A stretch of DNA of 64,000 nt, from positions 2,272,001 through 2,336,000 of the forward strand of contig CBDFLE010000005.1 of the NCBI GenBank assembly GCA_965248925.1, written 5' to 3'. Positions 40,301-49,200 of the stretch are shown here, piece by piece (positions within the stretch are counted from its first letter, which is position 1; each line of letters opens with the position of its first letter). Below the pieces are notes generated by a model. That model was not told where the DNA came from, searched no databases, and saw nothing but the letters and a program-made list of their open reading frames with translations. Source of the stretch: Candidatus Multivoradales bacterium (GTDB lineage: Bacteria > Acidobacteriota > Thermoanaerobaculia > Multivoradales > J023). The translations under genes and the position numbers were made by a program.

Positions 40301-43300
40301 CCAGCACTACCGAACAGTCGCAAGCCGTCCCCGGTCCCGGTGCCGAGTTGAGTTTCAACCCGTCAGCCGATGGCCGTTGGGCGATCGTCTACAACCCCTT
40401 CGGTGTGGGGCTCTACGACTTCAACAGCGACAGCGAAACGGCCATCCTGGGCCTCGATCCACCGCTGAGTTTCTTCGCCGACAGCAGCGCGGCGGTGTTT
40501 GCCAATCGCGGCGCGATCAGTCGCTACTCGCTGAGCGACGGCAGTGTCGAATTGCTGGCGACGATCGACAGCGCCAGTTTTGCCGTACCGTCGCCCGATG
40601 GCCAACGCCTAGCAGTGATCGGCACACAGCAAGGTCTGACCGGGCTGTGGATCTACGACTTAGACAGCGCCAACTGGACTCTGCTGATCGAGGGCTTCGG
40701 CTTCGACCTGCCCCAGTGGTCGCCCGACGGCGTGTGGCTCGCCTACCCACGCTTCTCCCAGGTCAACATCATCCAGGTGGCCAGTGCGGCGGCGCAGGTG
40801 GTCGATCCGGGCTTCAGCTCCAGCTTGCCGAGTTGGTCCCCCGATTCCCAGACCCTGGCCTACAGTCTGTCCGGCAACCAGGACGAAGATCTGTGGCTCT
40901 TCCACCTCGCCACCGGCAGTCGCGAACCATTGCTCGAGGGTCCCCGCGATCAAATCGAGCCGCGATTCTCTGCCGACGGCAGCGCCGTGGGCTACATCGA
41001 CACCGACCGTGAGACTGAGATCGACGGCTCCCTCTTTCGTCTCGACCTGGCCAGCGGCAACAGCGAAGAGTTGTTCCACATCGGGCCGGACGCGGATGGT
41101 TACTTCAACTTCTCGATCACCCGCTTCTGGAGCTGGACACCGGCCGACGCCCTTTTTGTCGATGCCGATCTGACCCTCTACCGAATTGCCAGCGGCAGCC
41201 GCTTCACCCTGCTGGGGGTTGAGGTGGAGCCAGGCGACAATCTGTTCACCGCCGTCGCCGCCGATGACCTCGGCCGCATCAGCCAGCCCGCGGAGCCCAT
41301 GCTGGTGACGGTGGTGATCGCCGATCGTCCAGACCTGGAAATCACCGCCTCCGACTTGCACCTAGTGCCGGCGGTGGGCCGCATCGGCGAACCGCTGCGG
41401 CTGTCGGTGACAGTCCACAATCGTGGCGATCAGGCCGCGGCACCGAGCGAGCTGGCCTTGCTGCAACTGGGTGAGGACGGCAGCAGTGACCCCCTCGGCT
41501 CACCACTGACAGTGGCGGCGATAGCGGCTGGCGCCAGCAGCACGGTGCTGGTCGATCTGGGGCCATTCGCCGCCGCTGGTAGCTTCGAGATCCGTGCCGA
41601 GGTCGATCCCCAAGGTCTCCTGCCAGAGATTAGCGAGGCCAATAATCAGGCCAGCACCAACTTCCAAGTGCTGGCCGGTTCGGCGCCGCGGCTCACTGTC
41701 ACTACCGACCGAGCGACCTACGGTGCCGCCACCGAGGTGGCGATCCGCAGCTCGGTGATTCAAGGCGGCGAACCGTGGAGCGGCGAGTTGCTGGTGAGCA
41801 TCGAGGACCGCCAGGGATTCTTGGTCCAGGCTCTGGGCAGCACAGCGATCGAAGAGCTAGAAATCGGCGTCGAGTTACTGCTCGACAACCAGTGGAACTC
41901 CGCCAACACCTTCGCCGGCACCTACCAGGTGCACGGCCAGCTGATCGACAGCAGCGGCCAATTAGTGGCCGAAGATCTGGCCGAATTCGAACTCGACGAA
42001 GATCTCGAGTTGGCGACCGAGGTGATCACAGATCAACCCCACTACACCCTGGGCGAGACCGTTCAACTGACCGGCGGGCTGACCTACCTCAACGGCAACG
42101 CGGCGCTGACCGGCGCCACCGCCACTTTGCTGATCAAGAGTCCCGCAGGGGCCGTACTGCAACAGTGGACCGAACCCCTCGGCGTCTTGCTGCCGGGAGC
42201 GAGCAGCCAGTTAGTCAGGAATTGGCCGAGCAGCGGCAACCCCGGCCTACACACCGCTCGCTTTGAGATTCACCGCGCGGAGACTCTCCTAAGCGCCAGC
42301 GAAACAACCTTCGAGCTGCTCGCCGAAGAGCCCCTCTTCGCCGAGTTGAACGCCACCAAGACCGTCGAATTGACCTTCGACGGCGATGGCGATGGCTTCG
42401 CCGATCCAGGCGACCGCCTGCGCTACCGCATCACCCTCTCCAATAGCGGCACCGGCCCGGCCACCGCGGTGCTGCTGGAAGATCCAATCCCCGCTCACAC
42501 CGAGCTGGTGGCGGGCTCGGTGAGTGGCGCCGGCACCCTGCTGAGCAGCGATCCCTTGCGCGTCGACTTCGGCCAGATCGCCGCTGGCGCCAGCGGCGAG
42601 ATCAACTTCGAAGTCACTGTCGACAATCCGCTGCCGGGCGGCGTTGAAGAGATTGTCAATCAAGGCACGGTCAGCGCCGACGGCTTGGAAAGTCTGCCGA
42701 CTGACGATCCGACCACCCCCGAGCCCCTCGATGCGACCCGCCTGCCGGTGCGCGCCGCCGCTGAGCTGGTGGTCAGCAAGATCGACATTCTGCAGCTAGA
42801 CGCCGATGGCAATGGAGCCGCCAGCGCGGGCGATACTCTGCGCTGGGAGATTCATATCGAGAACCACGGCAACGCCAACGCCGACCAGGTGGTGCTGCGT
42901 GACTTCGCTCCCCAGCACACCTCGATAGTTGTGGGTTCGGCCACCACCACCGGCGGTCAGATCGACAGCGAAGACCCGCTCCGGGTGAGCCTCGGCGCTC
43001 TGCCAGCAGGAGGGTCGGCGACGGTGAGCTTCGCCGCGATGATCGATTCGCAGCTGACCGACGAAGTACGAGAGGTCCTCAACCAAGCCACCGTATCGAG
43101 CACTTCCCTGCCGGTGGTCCTATCCGACGACCCCGACCTTGGCGGCGATGCCGACCCGACCCTCACCCCGCTAGAACACGCCCCACGCCTGGTGGCCGAG
43201 AAAACCGTCTCTCTCGACGCCGCCGATAGCGATGGCCGAGCCGGCCCTGGCGACCTGCTGCACTACACCTTGGTGTTGCGCAATCTCGGCGCTGGCGCCG

Positions 43301-46245
43301 CCACCGGCTTGCTGTTGAGCGATCCGATTCCGGCCCACACCAATGTCGTACCCGGCTCGGTCCTCAGCAGCCTGGGCACAGTGCTCAACGAACAGCCTCT
43401 AGAAGTGGCAATCAACGAGCTAGCCGCCGGAACGGTAGCGACGGTGAGCTTCTCCGTGCGCATCGATCAGCCCTTGGCCAGGGGGGTTGAAGAGATCGTC
43501 AATCAAAGTACCTTGACCGCCGACGACCAGCCCATTCTGCTGAGCGACGACCCGACCCTCGCCGGCAGCGCCGATCCGACAGTCATCGCGGTGCTCACCG
43601 GCACTCCCAGACTGCTGCCCCGCAAGACCGCCCTACTCTTCGACGACCGCGACGGCGATGGCCTGCTGTCGCCCGGCGATGGCTTGCTCTATCTGATCGA
43701 GGTTGGCAATCGGGGCGATGGTCTGGCCACCGGGCTGCGGCTCGAAGACTCCCTGCCTCCAGGTACCAGCCTAGAAGCCGGCTCGGTGCAGACTTCCCAG
43801 GGCACAGTGCTCAGCGAGCAGCCGTTGATCATCGACCTCGGCCAGTTGGGCAGCGGTGCCGAAGCCACCGTGACCTTGGTGCTGCGTATCGCCGAGCCCT
43901 TCCCCGCCGATCAACTGGCGGTGGTCAACCAGGCACGGATCACTAGCGCCGAGCTGCCTCTCTTGCTGACCGACGATCCGACCACCAGCGCGGTCGACGA
44001 TGCCACCGTCCGCGAGGTGTTCATCACTCCGACGGTGTCTCTCAGCGACAGCTCAGTCTCCGAGAACAGTGGCCCGGCCAGCTTCGACCTACTGCTGTCG
44101 ACCCCGCCCAATCGGCCCCTGTCAGTCGCCTGGCAGACCGCCGATGGCACGGCCAGCGCGGGCAACGACTACTTGGCCACCAACGGCAGCAGCGAGCTAG
44201 CCGCTGGCGAGACTGCCGCGGTGGTGGAAATCGAAATCGTCGACGACCAGCTCAACGAGCACGACGAGACCTTCCTACTTCAGTTGACGGCGGCCACCGG
44301 TGCAGTGATCGGCGATGGCGCAGGGCAAGCGACCATCACCGACCAGGATCCACCACCGGCCATCACCCTCGGCGACGCCAGCACCTTGGAGGGTGATGCT
44401 GGAGCCACTCCGGTGGGACTCAAATTGCTGCTGTCGAACGCCAGCGGCCTCGACATCGCGGTCGACTACACCACTGTCGACGGCAGCGCCATCGGCGGCG
44501 AGGACTACCGTAGGAAGAGCAGCAGCCTAGCGATCGCCGCGGGCGAGACCAGCGCCACCCTCGAGGTCGAAGTGCTCGGCGACCTCAAGGATGAGCTCGA
44601 CGAGAGCTTCGCGGTGCTAGTCACCTCGGCTTCGGGAGCCACCGTGGCCGACCCCAGCGGCACCATCGAGGTGATCGACGACGACCAGACCCGCCTATCG
44701 GTCCTCGACCGCACCGTCACAGAAGGTGACGAGGGTAGCCGCGAAGCGGCCTTCGAGGTGCGCCTCAGCCACGAGAGCGACCGTCCGGTGAGCGTCGACT
44801 ACCAAACCCGCGAGGACACCGCGCGAACCGGCGAGGATTTCCTGGCGACCCAAGACACCCTGCTGCTGGAGGCCGGCCGCATGCGAGCCGAGATCGCAGT
44901 GCCCGTGCTGGGCGACGAGATCTTCGAGCCCTTGGAGGAGACCTTCCACCTCGATCTGACCCATCCCATCGGCGCCGAGCTGGCCACCGCCAGCGCGCTA
45001 GGTACGATCCTCGACGACGAGCTCTGCGCCGGCCCCGAGCTGCTGCGCAATCCGGGGGCCGAGCTGCCCCTGCTAGGGAGCGATCTGCCCAACGAACAGG
45101 CACAGCTGGCGGTGTGGGTCCAGGTCGCTGGTGAGCATTGGTACCGGCGTGAGCAAGATCCGCTGGCGGCCGAGGGTGCCGCTTATTTCGCCGCTGGCCA
45201 GGCCGAGACAGCCGAACTGTCCCAGGTGGTCGACCTTAGCGGTTACAGCGAAGTGATCGCCCGCGGCGAGTTGCTGCTGGCCTTCTCCGGCCACCTGCGG
45301 ACCGCCGAGGAACAGCCCTCGGACACCGCGCGGGTGGTAGTAGAGTACTTCGAGGAGGATGGGAATTTGCTGCTCGATAGCTTCGACAGCGGCGAGATCG
45401 TCAGTCCCTCAGAATGGCTGCGGGTAGAGGATCTACGCTTGGTGCCGGTCGGCACCGACCGAGTGCGGGTGCGACTGCTCAGCAACCGCCTGGAGGGCGA
45501 CACCAGCGATGGCTACTTCGACGCCCTTTCCCTGCGGGTCATCCGCCAACCGGTGGTCGAGATCGACGACCTACGGATCGCCGAAGGCCACAGTGCCAGC
45601 GCGGTCGGCGAGCTGTCCGTCCGGCTGAGCTGCGCGATCGATCGTCCGCTGAGCATCACTTGGGAAACCGTCGATGGCACAGCGACGAGCGGCGTCGACT
45701 ACATCGAAGCCCGCGGCGCCCTGGAGCTGGCCAGTGGTACCGTCGGGGGTGTGATCGAGGTAGAGATTCTTGGCGATACGGAGCACGAGCTGCACGAGGA
45801 CTTCTTCGTCGAGCTGCGGGAGATCGAGCCCGCTGGGCTGGCGATAGCGCCCCAGCCGCGGGGCCGGGTGAGCATCCTCAACGATGATTTCTGCGCTCGC
45901 TCGCCAGGCTATTGGCAGCACCACAGCGACCTCTGGCCATTGTCGGAGTTGGCGTTGGGCGACCAGCAGATCGATCAGAGCGGCACTCTGGCGCTGCTGC
46001 AATATGGCGGCTCGGACGCCGCCAGCAAGCTCGCTCGCCAGTTGATTACCACTGAGTTGAATCTGGCCGTGGGCTCCGATCCGCTAGACATCTTGGCAAC
46101 CGTCGAAGCCGCCCATGCCTTCCTTGCAGACTGGCCGCCAGGCAGCCGCCCCAGAGGCCCAGACCGAGCCGAGGCCAACCGGCTAAAAGACATCCTCGAC
46201 GCCTACAACAATCCCGGCTGCACGCCGGTTGCGGTGCTCCCATGA
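28306..46245 (+). CDS. Giant (5979 aa) secreted multidomain surface protein
   Basis: Signal peptide (..ASPVAA); HELMH at 28840-28854; QW-type repeats RQQPAGYW/RQNAGGGWG/SQRTDGGWG/RQTDDGSW (~29450-30200); about 5 CARDB repeats (DPDNxxxExDExNN, ~30200-31930) plus one at ~41330; FlgD-Ig units (SPNGDG...WDG); TolB-like propellers (WSPDG); Fn3 units (LSWNAN.EPDLAGY, ~37620-40150); 4 DUF11-like units (PGDxLxYxI, ~42340-44020); Calx-beta (TxDGTAxxGxDY, ~44030-45890); C-terminal SPGYW..QL..LN..LDAYNN domain. Confidence 0.93.
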   Translation: MKTCRRSSLALILGLPLLLALLWIGASPVAADSLWLSTDPLATKDPAAAPKADHVTFRQDHGVVAVLEVEGNYDLRIDGVLNSELRAAVGQEFLAHHPDIYDFLVVFTSFEVDLGPQVLGNHLGLRNSVAGIGLPLFDNSSLFGSNSRLQGYIDMRSVTQNPTQPLAAEFESTLTVLSHELMHQWCCYVDFELANGSISDSLRAANGHWSYLLASDASVMYGGEWQDQGDGTFSNLRRQRAYGPLDRYLAGWLSTEEVPAALLIDNPAIDPATPPPAPGTLLSGIASAIEIAAVVAAEGPRLPATDQAQRDFRIAFLLLLRPGEAVANRDLAGLERVAAEIATRFTVLSGGQALADSGPLADSEGTIGTPGGTFGGDPRPAQDLDLAAALTWLRGRQQPAGYWQDTAGTRVRDTVIALRTLNALDPTFTGAPQALVWLAQQEQPSTDSVARLAAALSLAGQDVSNLREQLAGRQNAGGGWGIEANAASDPLDTALALVVLGGALAEDPAVGFLEASQRTDGGWGHVAAGPSRTTTTTTVLRALQAADRQGAALDAALSFLGGRQNGNDGGFGDSPSTVHDTAQVISTLSRLEALEHIDSAAAKDFLAGRQTDDGSWDGSVYATALAVDSLRRFEVPDWNFAQGLSAQPASPRDGQRVQLEVSVRNASSAAAPAATLRFYNHPPEQGGIVIGDEVPIPALLLGQSATLGTTWDTFDQAGPRRLVAVIDPDNLVAEADELNNRSQLDLTVEPPPAGIDLEIDASEVIAMPAHPTRLPTAVEIAAVVRNFGSSDAANVVLRLFLGEPEFGQLLDQIVLPQVAARNSSSGLLTFQLSDPGSFELWVEAAPEGDVEPSNNRALVRVETAPALDLEILASDLQVSADPAVLGSDVTFTVLAHNRGTVDSVSFALALSVSDGTEVRQLPTLSTQLAAGQTVELEIHWRVDLTGALTFTAAADPDGLLPENDRDNNQASLAFTASALTEPNLSVASLDLSFDPEPALAGAPLQLSILLRNTGGTALSNVAVAFWDGHPQQGGSRITETTVAALAAGDQALVSASWMVSGDQDRLIYATADPDDAVAEIDESDNLAFRPLSVLGLPDLVLSDAALSLTPPFPTPGETALLSARISNLGERPAGPFAVRALRLDAAGNEVLIGEQSLSIAAFDEDSVSFSLTLPADDQPGLLRIIADVLDEVVEGHEDNNQASLAFAVQGSDFFVSERYFSPDGDGLQDSTRLFFRLPAAADVDLVVRNLEGAAIRRFEHVLANGASSGETLWDGRDDQGRLAIDGDYRLTIESHPEGETLGEVLGTALVSLDTNHSSSRLALGSEFARFTRFTCELYEAQRFELSDDERWLYFQALDDTFQPGLYRARPSGPGVPQEVLRGRLTDFAVSANASRLAFSPDLAFGDFEDVFLAAGDGSSASLARPASRVLAFDYLDRLLLLHRAGNDHLEALPRGGGLPIELASWPATEDWRYALSRDRQSLAILLDGSEMRLFDLLSGTTATLTIPGASDPFTLPRDGGDHAVMRWSPDGSLLAIADEDGEQLHLLDQGGTLLHSVPLAAADYPAALQDLDEFSPQDYANANLRAVRPIEWNSRGDQLAVLLIFSGNGIDFFAVMTVDASTGSAAAAAWSAAVETAPVMSPVILGKALGEPSELLPFESGQIPSRIEWWHPDEQLLLYGPQGIELRPGLPLDRVFEDFDDFSPLAFLPSGRGLIFSTVDGIDDPGCFGDDVPDLWSFFSLLNLWVELTVEASEQLGTFQLSGTAADLHLANWRLEWRRTTELEEVWRPIAAPSSTAVVDQPLAQWIAPGPGLYEVRLLVTDLAGNQRQVRRMVANADTPSIANVRLEPAVFSTTGGSTLANHTEVIYDVLLPVNLRFDIFDVSGTFVTTLLRDHPTAGSGFRQLWNGTDSLGRPVPDGGYIIRVAGLELAVEIDSATPRIEHGATLRTERRIEGSCGDLLPIQDLQPLRLFDFFEPNLDTTSFEHGAGATPAIWQPVGSDLIDCFASQTSDLRCQISVPSLTAATSYRATATDLAGNRSVVVSPPRVQTALLIERIDPPAAGRDRRLGGRLQPFFPPSLPGDLLLHQAQLLRLLVAESTAAALNSISIQYRPINAAAPWLSQTVASSAPLDGRFEVIWDATLALRGVELEVRLRGLASDGSELLSNSFPLLLDPVESRGRLRPADLEPTAPHGELLSTLLTEAALDLDHQSVLWAVVKSDDPTLRLSASISSLDDPAFASSQALAVAISAQGIYLLVPRQPLDDDSTYLLSFRLSRPLSCPDGGLPFSLDSSLGSALSVEIDSRFEATDCDPADASLEISMVPRGGALVSLRLEQRLGDELSTVFSIQQPEDGETYRFTPSLSLPLEQAVTFIAAVQDGSGIPAYAQLELPGQPALPLLDLTQPGASQRLCGGAEIPLAGSIDSELLFAYRLQLSRDGESFSTFHEVTQATSLDSLLAIYGDADEEPSLAAGPASWRLQVVDIGGNVVCAEVATEIVELQAMPLIALDNPLISPNGDGLLDQLTVTYDSADPATLSLAIRDPAGNLVRQLASSVAIQGSGALSWDGHDASNQLVADGVYTVAANFGGLCGDLQSLLLAVEVDTTAPEVAIAFPRPGDPLDTLIEIFGSAIDRNFSQFTVERSATGSAVWSLIDSATTPRQDGLLAVWNSFGLQGAHSLRLSASDRAGNRASTQVDLFFDQRLELISDLSAVPRLLSPNGDGQLDASSIVFGLSAAARIDLQIVNSDGAVQLDLLSAVERGAGTHPARWTGELAGGILADDGDYRLRLTAAPLDQPLALQVEDLVLSVDASPPTLALSQPGAGSVVRGTAAITGSVTDPHLLAYRVELASGDAGPWSVLATGSVERLDYDFAHLANVTEGGYFLRLAAEDSAANGSSLPVAFTVDNTPPEVSWQLPENGAVLSGVNGPQNLLGSLVELNLVQYRIEFGAGSNPASWLPIAFGTEVSGSTVSTPWDIAAVADGPYILRLLAEDGAGWISEARRSIEIDNSPPMVALTAPGDGDFITEPTAILGTATDAHLLDYRLAVAAAGSQAFTEVFVGQQAVMTGLLANWAALPPDGPHTLRLSATDLAGQQASVEIEVEIDLTPPPPVVLSGELQQSRDAHLSWTSSAAADLAGYEIQRDGVEISGSPTQTTQLVDAALTTGSYFYTVRAIDHAGLRSPASNEVELTVDIDPPLAVLLRPADGQRVRGLVEVLGSAHSALDFAEYRLSIAEGDLSTGEGSWQLLRRSPVPVLAGDLGQWQAPTLSDATYTLRLEAEDLVGNVADVRLLLTVDNAPPATPTGLAANANGDDVTTSWDANIEPDLAGYLLYRDGQPLGDGSDTGDFGNLLIEPSGNPLELYLDTDVADAEHIYTVVAIDLAGNLSPPSAPAHVVVETGPPRAILVSPEDGREFDQTLFLAAIAEDGDIAQVQFQQRATGAAIWTDLSIDLTPPWEATWDPGILPFGGYQLRALATDFGARGDANPPSLSVTYRDLTAPAAVDGLTLVAVDGGQVELSWNANTSDPDLAGYRVFRAVSSESPTALNSNPISATTYTDNGLADSRYDYTVRAVDDQGNVSLASNSVDALIYTPTLDPLLSPTPESSLDATGTTPVAGASIEAVLVGPAGSQTLAAVLADAAGVFVLPAVSLQAGDQTLTVRSRSGVVLSKPASQGVISAPPPAAPSGLAAVVTGQQVELSWNANSEPDLLGYHLLRDDLRLTEPALTNPDYNESLADGTYGYRVQAVNIHGFESPLSALLEVEVGDGLAPEPVVLSGQAEGSDVVLTWSASASGDVARYRVFRDGLEIGSHADLGDLSYRDQQLANATYVYQVAAVDVGSNVSELSNQVAVTVAIAPLAAPEILAVSPLAEGGVLAVTWQAAPASNPATFELRRATLSGGPYATLQQTPLTSHQDLDLTSGLEYFYIVVAFDSLGNPSPPSAEASGIPGALGPLAPPVFSEPGSAAQPHLTDQLVITVGGRTESGAVVTVLHDGTEIGQASTTEQSQAVPGPGAELSFNPSADGRWAIVYNPFGVGLYDFNSDSETAILGLDPPLSFFADSSAAVFANRGAISRYSLSDGSVELLATIDSASFAVPSPDGQRLAVIGTQQGLTGLWIYDLDSANWTLLIEGFGFDLPQWSPDGVWLAYPRFSQVNIIQVASAAAQVVDPGFSSSLPSWSPDSQTLAYSLSGNQDEDLWLFHLATGSREPLLEGPRDQIEPRFSADGSAVGYIDTDRETEIDGSLFRLDLASGNSEELFHIGPDADGYFNFSITRFWSWTPADALFVDADLTLYRIASGSRFTLLGVEVEPGDNLFTAVAADDLGRISQPAEPMLVTVVIADRPDLEITASDLHLVPAVGRIGEPLRLSVTVHNRGDQAAAPSELALLQLGEDGSSDPLGSPLTVAAIAAGASSTVLVDLGPFAAAGSFEIRAEVDPQGLLPEISEANNQASTNFQVLAGSAPRLTVTTDRATYGAATEVAIRSSVIQGGEPWSGELLVSIEDRQGFLVQALGSTAIEELEIGVELLLDNQWNSANTFAGTYQVHGQLIDSSGQLVAEDLAEFELDEDLELATEVITDQPHYTLGETVQLTGGLTYLNGNAALTGATATLLIKSPAGAVLQQWTEPLGVLLPGASSQLVRNWPSSGNPGLHTARFEIHRAETLLSASETTFELLAEEPLFAELNATKTVELTFDGDGDGFADPGDRLRYRITLSNSGTGPATAVLLEDPIPAHTELVAGSVSGAGTLLSSDPLRVDFGQIAAGASGEINFEVTVDNPLPGGVEEIVNQGTVSADGLESLPTDDPTTPEPLDATRLPVRAAAELVVSKIDILQLDADGNGAASAGDTLRWEIHIENHGNANADQVVLRDFAPQHTSIVVGSATTTGGQIDSEDPLRVSLGALPAGGSATVSFAAMIDSQLTDEVREVLNQATVSSTSLPVVLSDDPDLGGDADPTLTPLEHAPRLVAEKTVSLDAADSDGRAGPGDLLHYTLVLRNLGAGAATGLLLSDPIPAHTNVVPGSVLSSLGTVLNEQPLEVAINELAAGTVATVSFSVRIDQPLARGVEEIVNQSTLTADDQPILLSDDPTLAGSADPTVIAVLTGTPRLLPRKTALLFDDRDGDGLLSPGDGLLYLIEVGNRGDGLATGLRLEDSLPPGTSLEAGSVQTSQGTVLSEQPLIIDLGQLGSGAEATVTLVLRIAEPFPADQLAVVNQARITSAELPLLLTDDPTTSAVDDATVREVFITPTVSLSDSSVSENSGPASFDLLLSTPPNRPLSVAWQTADGTASAGNDYLATNGSSELAAGETAAVVEIEIVDDQLNEHDETFLLQLTAATGAVIGDGAGQATITDQDPPPAITLGDASTLEGDAGATPVGLKLLLSNASGLDIAVDYTTVDGSAIGGEDYRRKSSSLAIAAGETSATLEVEVLGDLKDELDESFAVLVTSASGATVADPSGTIEVIDDDQTRLSVLDRTVTEGDEGSREAAFEVRLSHESDRPVSVDYQTREDTARTGEDFLATQDTLLLEAGRMRAEIAVPVLGDEIFEPLEETFHLDLTHPIGAELATASALGTILDDELCAGPELLRNPGAELPLLGSDLPNEQAQLAVWVQVAGEHWYRREQDPLAAEGAAYFAAGQAETAELSQVVDLSGYSEVIARGELLLAFSGHLRTAEEQPSDTARVVVEYFEEDGNLLLDSFDSGEIVSPSEWLRVEDLRLVPVGTDRVRVRLLSNRLEGDTSDGYFDALSLRVIRQPVVEIDDLRIAEGHSASAVGELSVRLSCAIDRPLSITWETVDGTATSGVDYIEARGALELASGTVGGVIEVEILGDTEHELHEDFFVELREIEPAGLAIAPQPRGRVSILNDDFCARSPGYWQHHSDLWPLSELALGDQQIDQSGTLALLQYGGSDAASKLARQLITTELNLAVGSDPLDILATVEAAHAFLADWPPGSRPRGPDRAEANRLKDILDAYNNPGCTPVAVLP

Positions 46246-49200
46246 ACTGCCCAACAACGCGGCCTCGCTTTGCTCGCAGCTTTCGGCGCTGGCTGACCAG
46301 CGCTGGAATTCTCCTGCTTGCCAGCGCCGTGCTTGCGACCGAGCCGCCTGCTGAGACTTCGCGCACCGCGCTAGAGACACGAATCCTCGACCAGCTAGCT
46401 CGCGGCCGGTCGATCGAGGGGCCGCTGGCGAGCTGGCGTTCGACCCGTCCAGTCTCGACCGAGGAATCGCCCACAAAGACTGCGCCTACCAGCCTCAACG
46501 AAGCGCTGGTAGAGCTGCGCCAGGCCCTACCCTCGAAGGCTAAGAGCCGCCTTGACACCTCTGCCCTTACTGCCGCCTGGGAGAGCTTCCAAGCCTGGGA
46601 CCTGCTGCAAGGCGACCGCTTCGAACGCACCGCCGCCCGCCTCGATGCGGCCGGCCTCAGCGGCGAGCCCAGAGCCCGCCTAGAGCGGGTCCGCGGCGAT
46701 TGGCAAGAGTTCCACGACCGCCTGAAGACCCTGCTCGCTGAGCCCTTGGCCAGTCTCCGAACGGCACAGAGAACCGAGCAGCCGGCCCTCAACGTAGCCG
46801 CCAAAGCCGCCGCCGAGCTGCTCGACACTTACCCGGCCACCCTTGACCGCCCAATGCTGCGGGCTACCAGCTTGCCCTATCGCCAGCTGCGCCTGCCGGC
46901 CCGTCTGCCAGTCACTGAACCGGCGATCGTGCCGAGCTATCTCGATCTCGCCGATCCCGGCTCCACGCCTACCGACTTGGAGCCCAGCAGCGCCGCGCCG
47001 CTAGCTGATGAGATTCTCTTGCAGGCTGAAGAGCTGGGCTACGACTATGTGGCGATCTACGAGTTCGTTCGCCACCAGATCGCCACCGAGTGGTACGCCG
47101 GCAGCATGAAAGGCGCGCTCGGCACTCTACGCCAGGGAGCCGGCAACGATGTCGACCAGGCGAGTCTGCTGATCGCCCTCTACCGCGCCAGCGGAGCGGC
47201 GGCGCGCTACGTCGGCGGGGTGATTGAATTGCCGCTGCCCTGGCTCAACACCCAGCTGGGCCTTGACGACGGCACTGCGGTGGCCGACTACTTGGCTCGC
47301 GCCGGTATTGCCCACCGGCCAGTGATTCGCGGCGGTCGTATCGCCGCCTTCGATGTCGAGCACACCTGGGTCAGCGCTCACGTGCCCTACAGCAATTACC
47401 GTGGCTCGGTGGTCGACTTCTCAGGCCGTAGCTGGATCCCGCTGACGCCGGCTCTGGAACCGGTCGAGAGACAGCCGTCCACCGAGGTGCTGGCGGCGAT
47501 GGGCTTCACGGCCAACAATTTCGTCACCGAGATGCTGAGCGCGGCCCAGCTCGAGACCCCGCTGAGCTTGCTGCGCCAGCGAGTCGAGCAATACCTGCTG
47601 GACACCGATGGCGGCACCTACGCCGAGCAACTCGGCTCGGTGACCTCTACCGGCCAACCCCTCGGCCTGCTGCCCAACGGCTTCTATCATCCAGTTCTGG
47701 CGGTAACCTTCGAAGACTCCGAGCTACCGGCGAGCGCCCGCCACCGGCTGCGATTGATCACCCGCGGCGAGACCACGGCAGGCTCGCCAGCCATCCTCGA
47801 TCACCAGCTAGACCTACACCAAGCTCTCGGTCGACGTCTGACTCTGTCCTACGCCCCGGCAACCTCCGACGATCACCTGATTATCAACCTCTGGGGCGGC
47901 CTGGCAGAAGTACCACCTTTCCTGGTGCGGCTGCGGCCCCAGCTCTATATCGACGGCCGCCGCATCGCCGTCGGCGAGCCGGTGGACGCCGCCAAGCTGC
48001 ATCGTTTCGAAGCAGTAGTCGAAGGGCCGTTTGGCAGCCAAGAGATCAGCCAGATCGTCCTATCAGGCGCCTATCACGCCATCGCTGTGGGCGGTCAGCA
48101 CTTCCAGGCCACCGAGCTGGCGGACAACGACCCAGGCGACGGCGAGCAGCTCGCCGCCCGCCTGCTGAGCGGCCTCGCCTACAGCTATGGTGCCGATTGG
48201 GACGCCGCTGAGACCGAGATTGGCGGCCTCTTAGCCGTGAGCCCGGCACGGCCGCTGCCGGCGCTGGTCATCGCCAGCAACTCCTTGCGCGCCGAATTAC
48301 TGCTGGGAGTGCCGCAGCGGTTGATCTGGGAAGGCGTCACCCTCGACGCCGCGCTGCGCGTCGCTGAACCCGCAGCTCGTGACGGCTCCACCGAAACCGC
48401 CGCCGACTGGATGCGCCTGGCGGCGCTCGAAGGCTCGGCGCTGGAGCAGGCGATTTTCGAAGGACAATTCCAGGTCGCGGCAATCTCGGCCGACAGGGGC
48501 CTGGCCCTGGCCCGCGACTCGGGCATCGAGGTGCTACGCCTCGACGCTGGCAATCTGACCGCCGAGCTGCCCAGCCTGAACCACCCTCAAACCGTGCGTG
48601 ACGACGTGGTCGCCCTCATCGCCCAAGGGCTGACGGTCGAGATCCCCCGCCAGCCGATCTCCGTCAGTGCCTGGACCGGCTCGACATGGCGAGCCGAAGA
48701 TCCAGAGAGCGGCACGGCCGGCTACTTCCTCTCCGGCGGCCTGGCCGGTGGCGCCACCGTCGAGGCGCCTGAGAACTGGCTGCTGGGCTTCCTCGCCGAT
48801 GCCCTGGCCGCGCCCATGTCAGACTCCCCCAACACCGATCCTCTCGCTGGCGTCGAGCTACTCGTCGCCGAGGGTACTGACAGCCAGCTCGGCACCGTCG
48901 ACAGGGTCTATCGTCACCCTCTGGCGGTGCGCGTGCTCGACGCGGCCGGCCGACCGGTCCAGGGCACCGAAGTCACCTTCTACATCTGGGCTGGCGACGG
49001 CCGGCTGCTCGACACCCAGAACCAAGAATCCACCAGCCTCACCCTACGCAGCGACGCCCGTGGAATGGCCCGCGTCAAGTTACGTTCAGGAAAGCACACC
49101 GCGGCTAACCCCCTCTTCCTTCGTCGCTTCGACAGCGACATCTTCCAAACCCGAGTGCTGGAGAACGTGGTCGAGGCGGTGGCCAGCTCCAGACTCGGCA

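Noticed and set aside
28306-46340. Twin-arginine pairs in the signal peptides (CRRSSL, FRRWLT) suggesting Tat export
   Set aside because: They lack the S/T-RR-x-F-L consensus, and the proteins are far larger than plausible folded Tat cargo.
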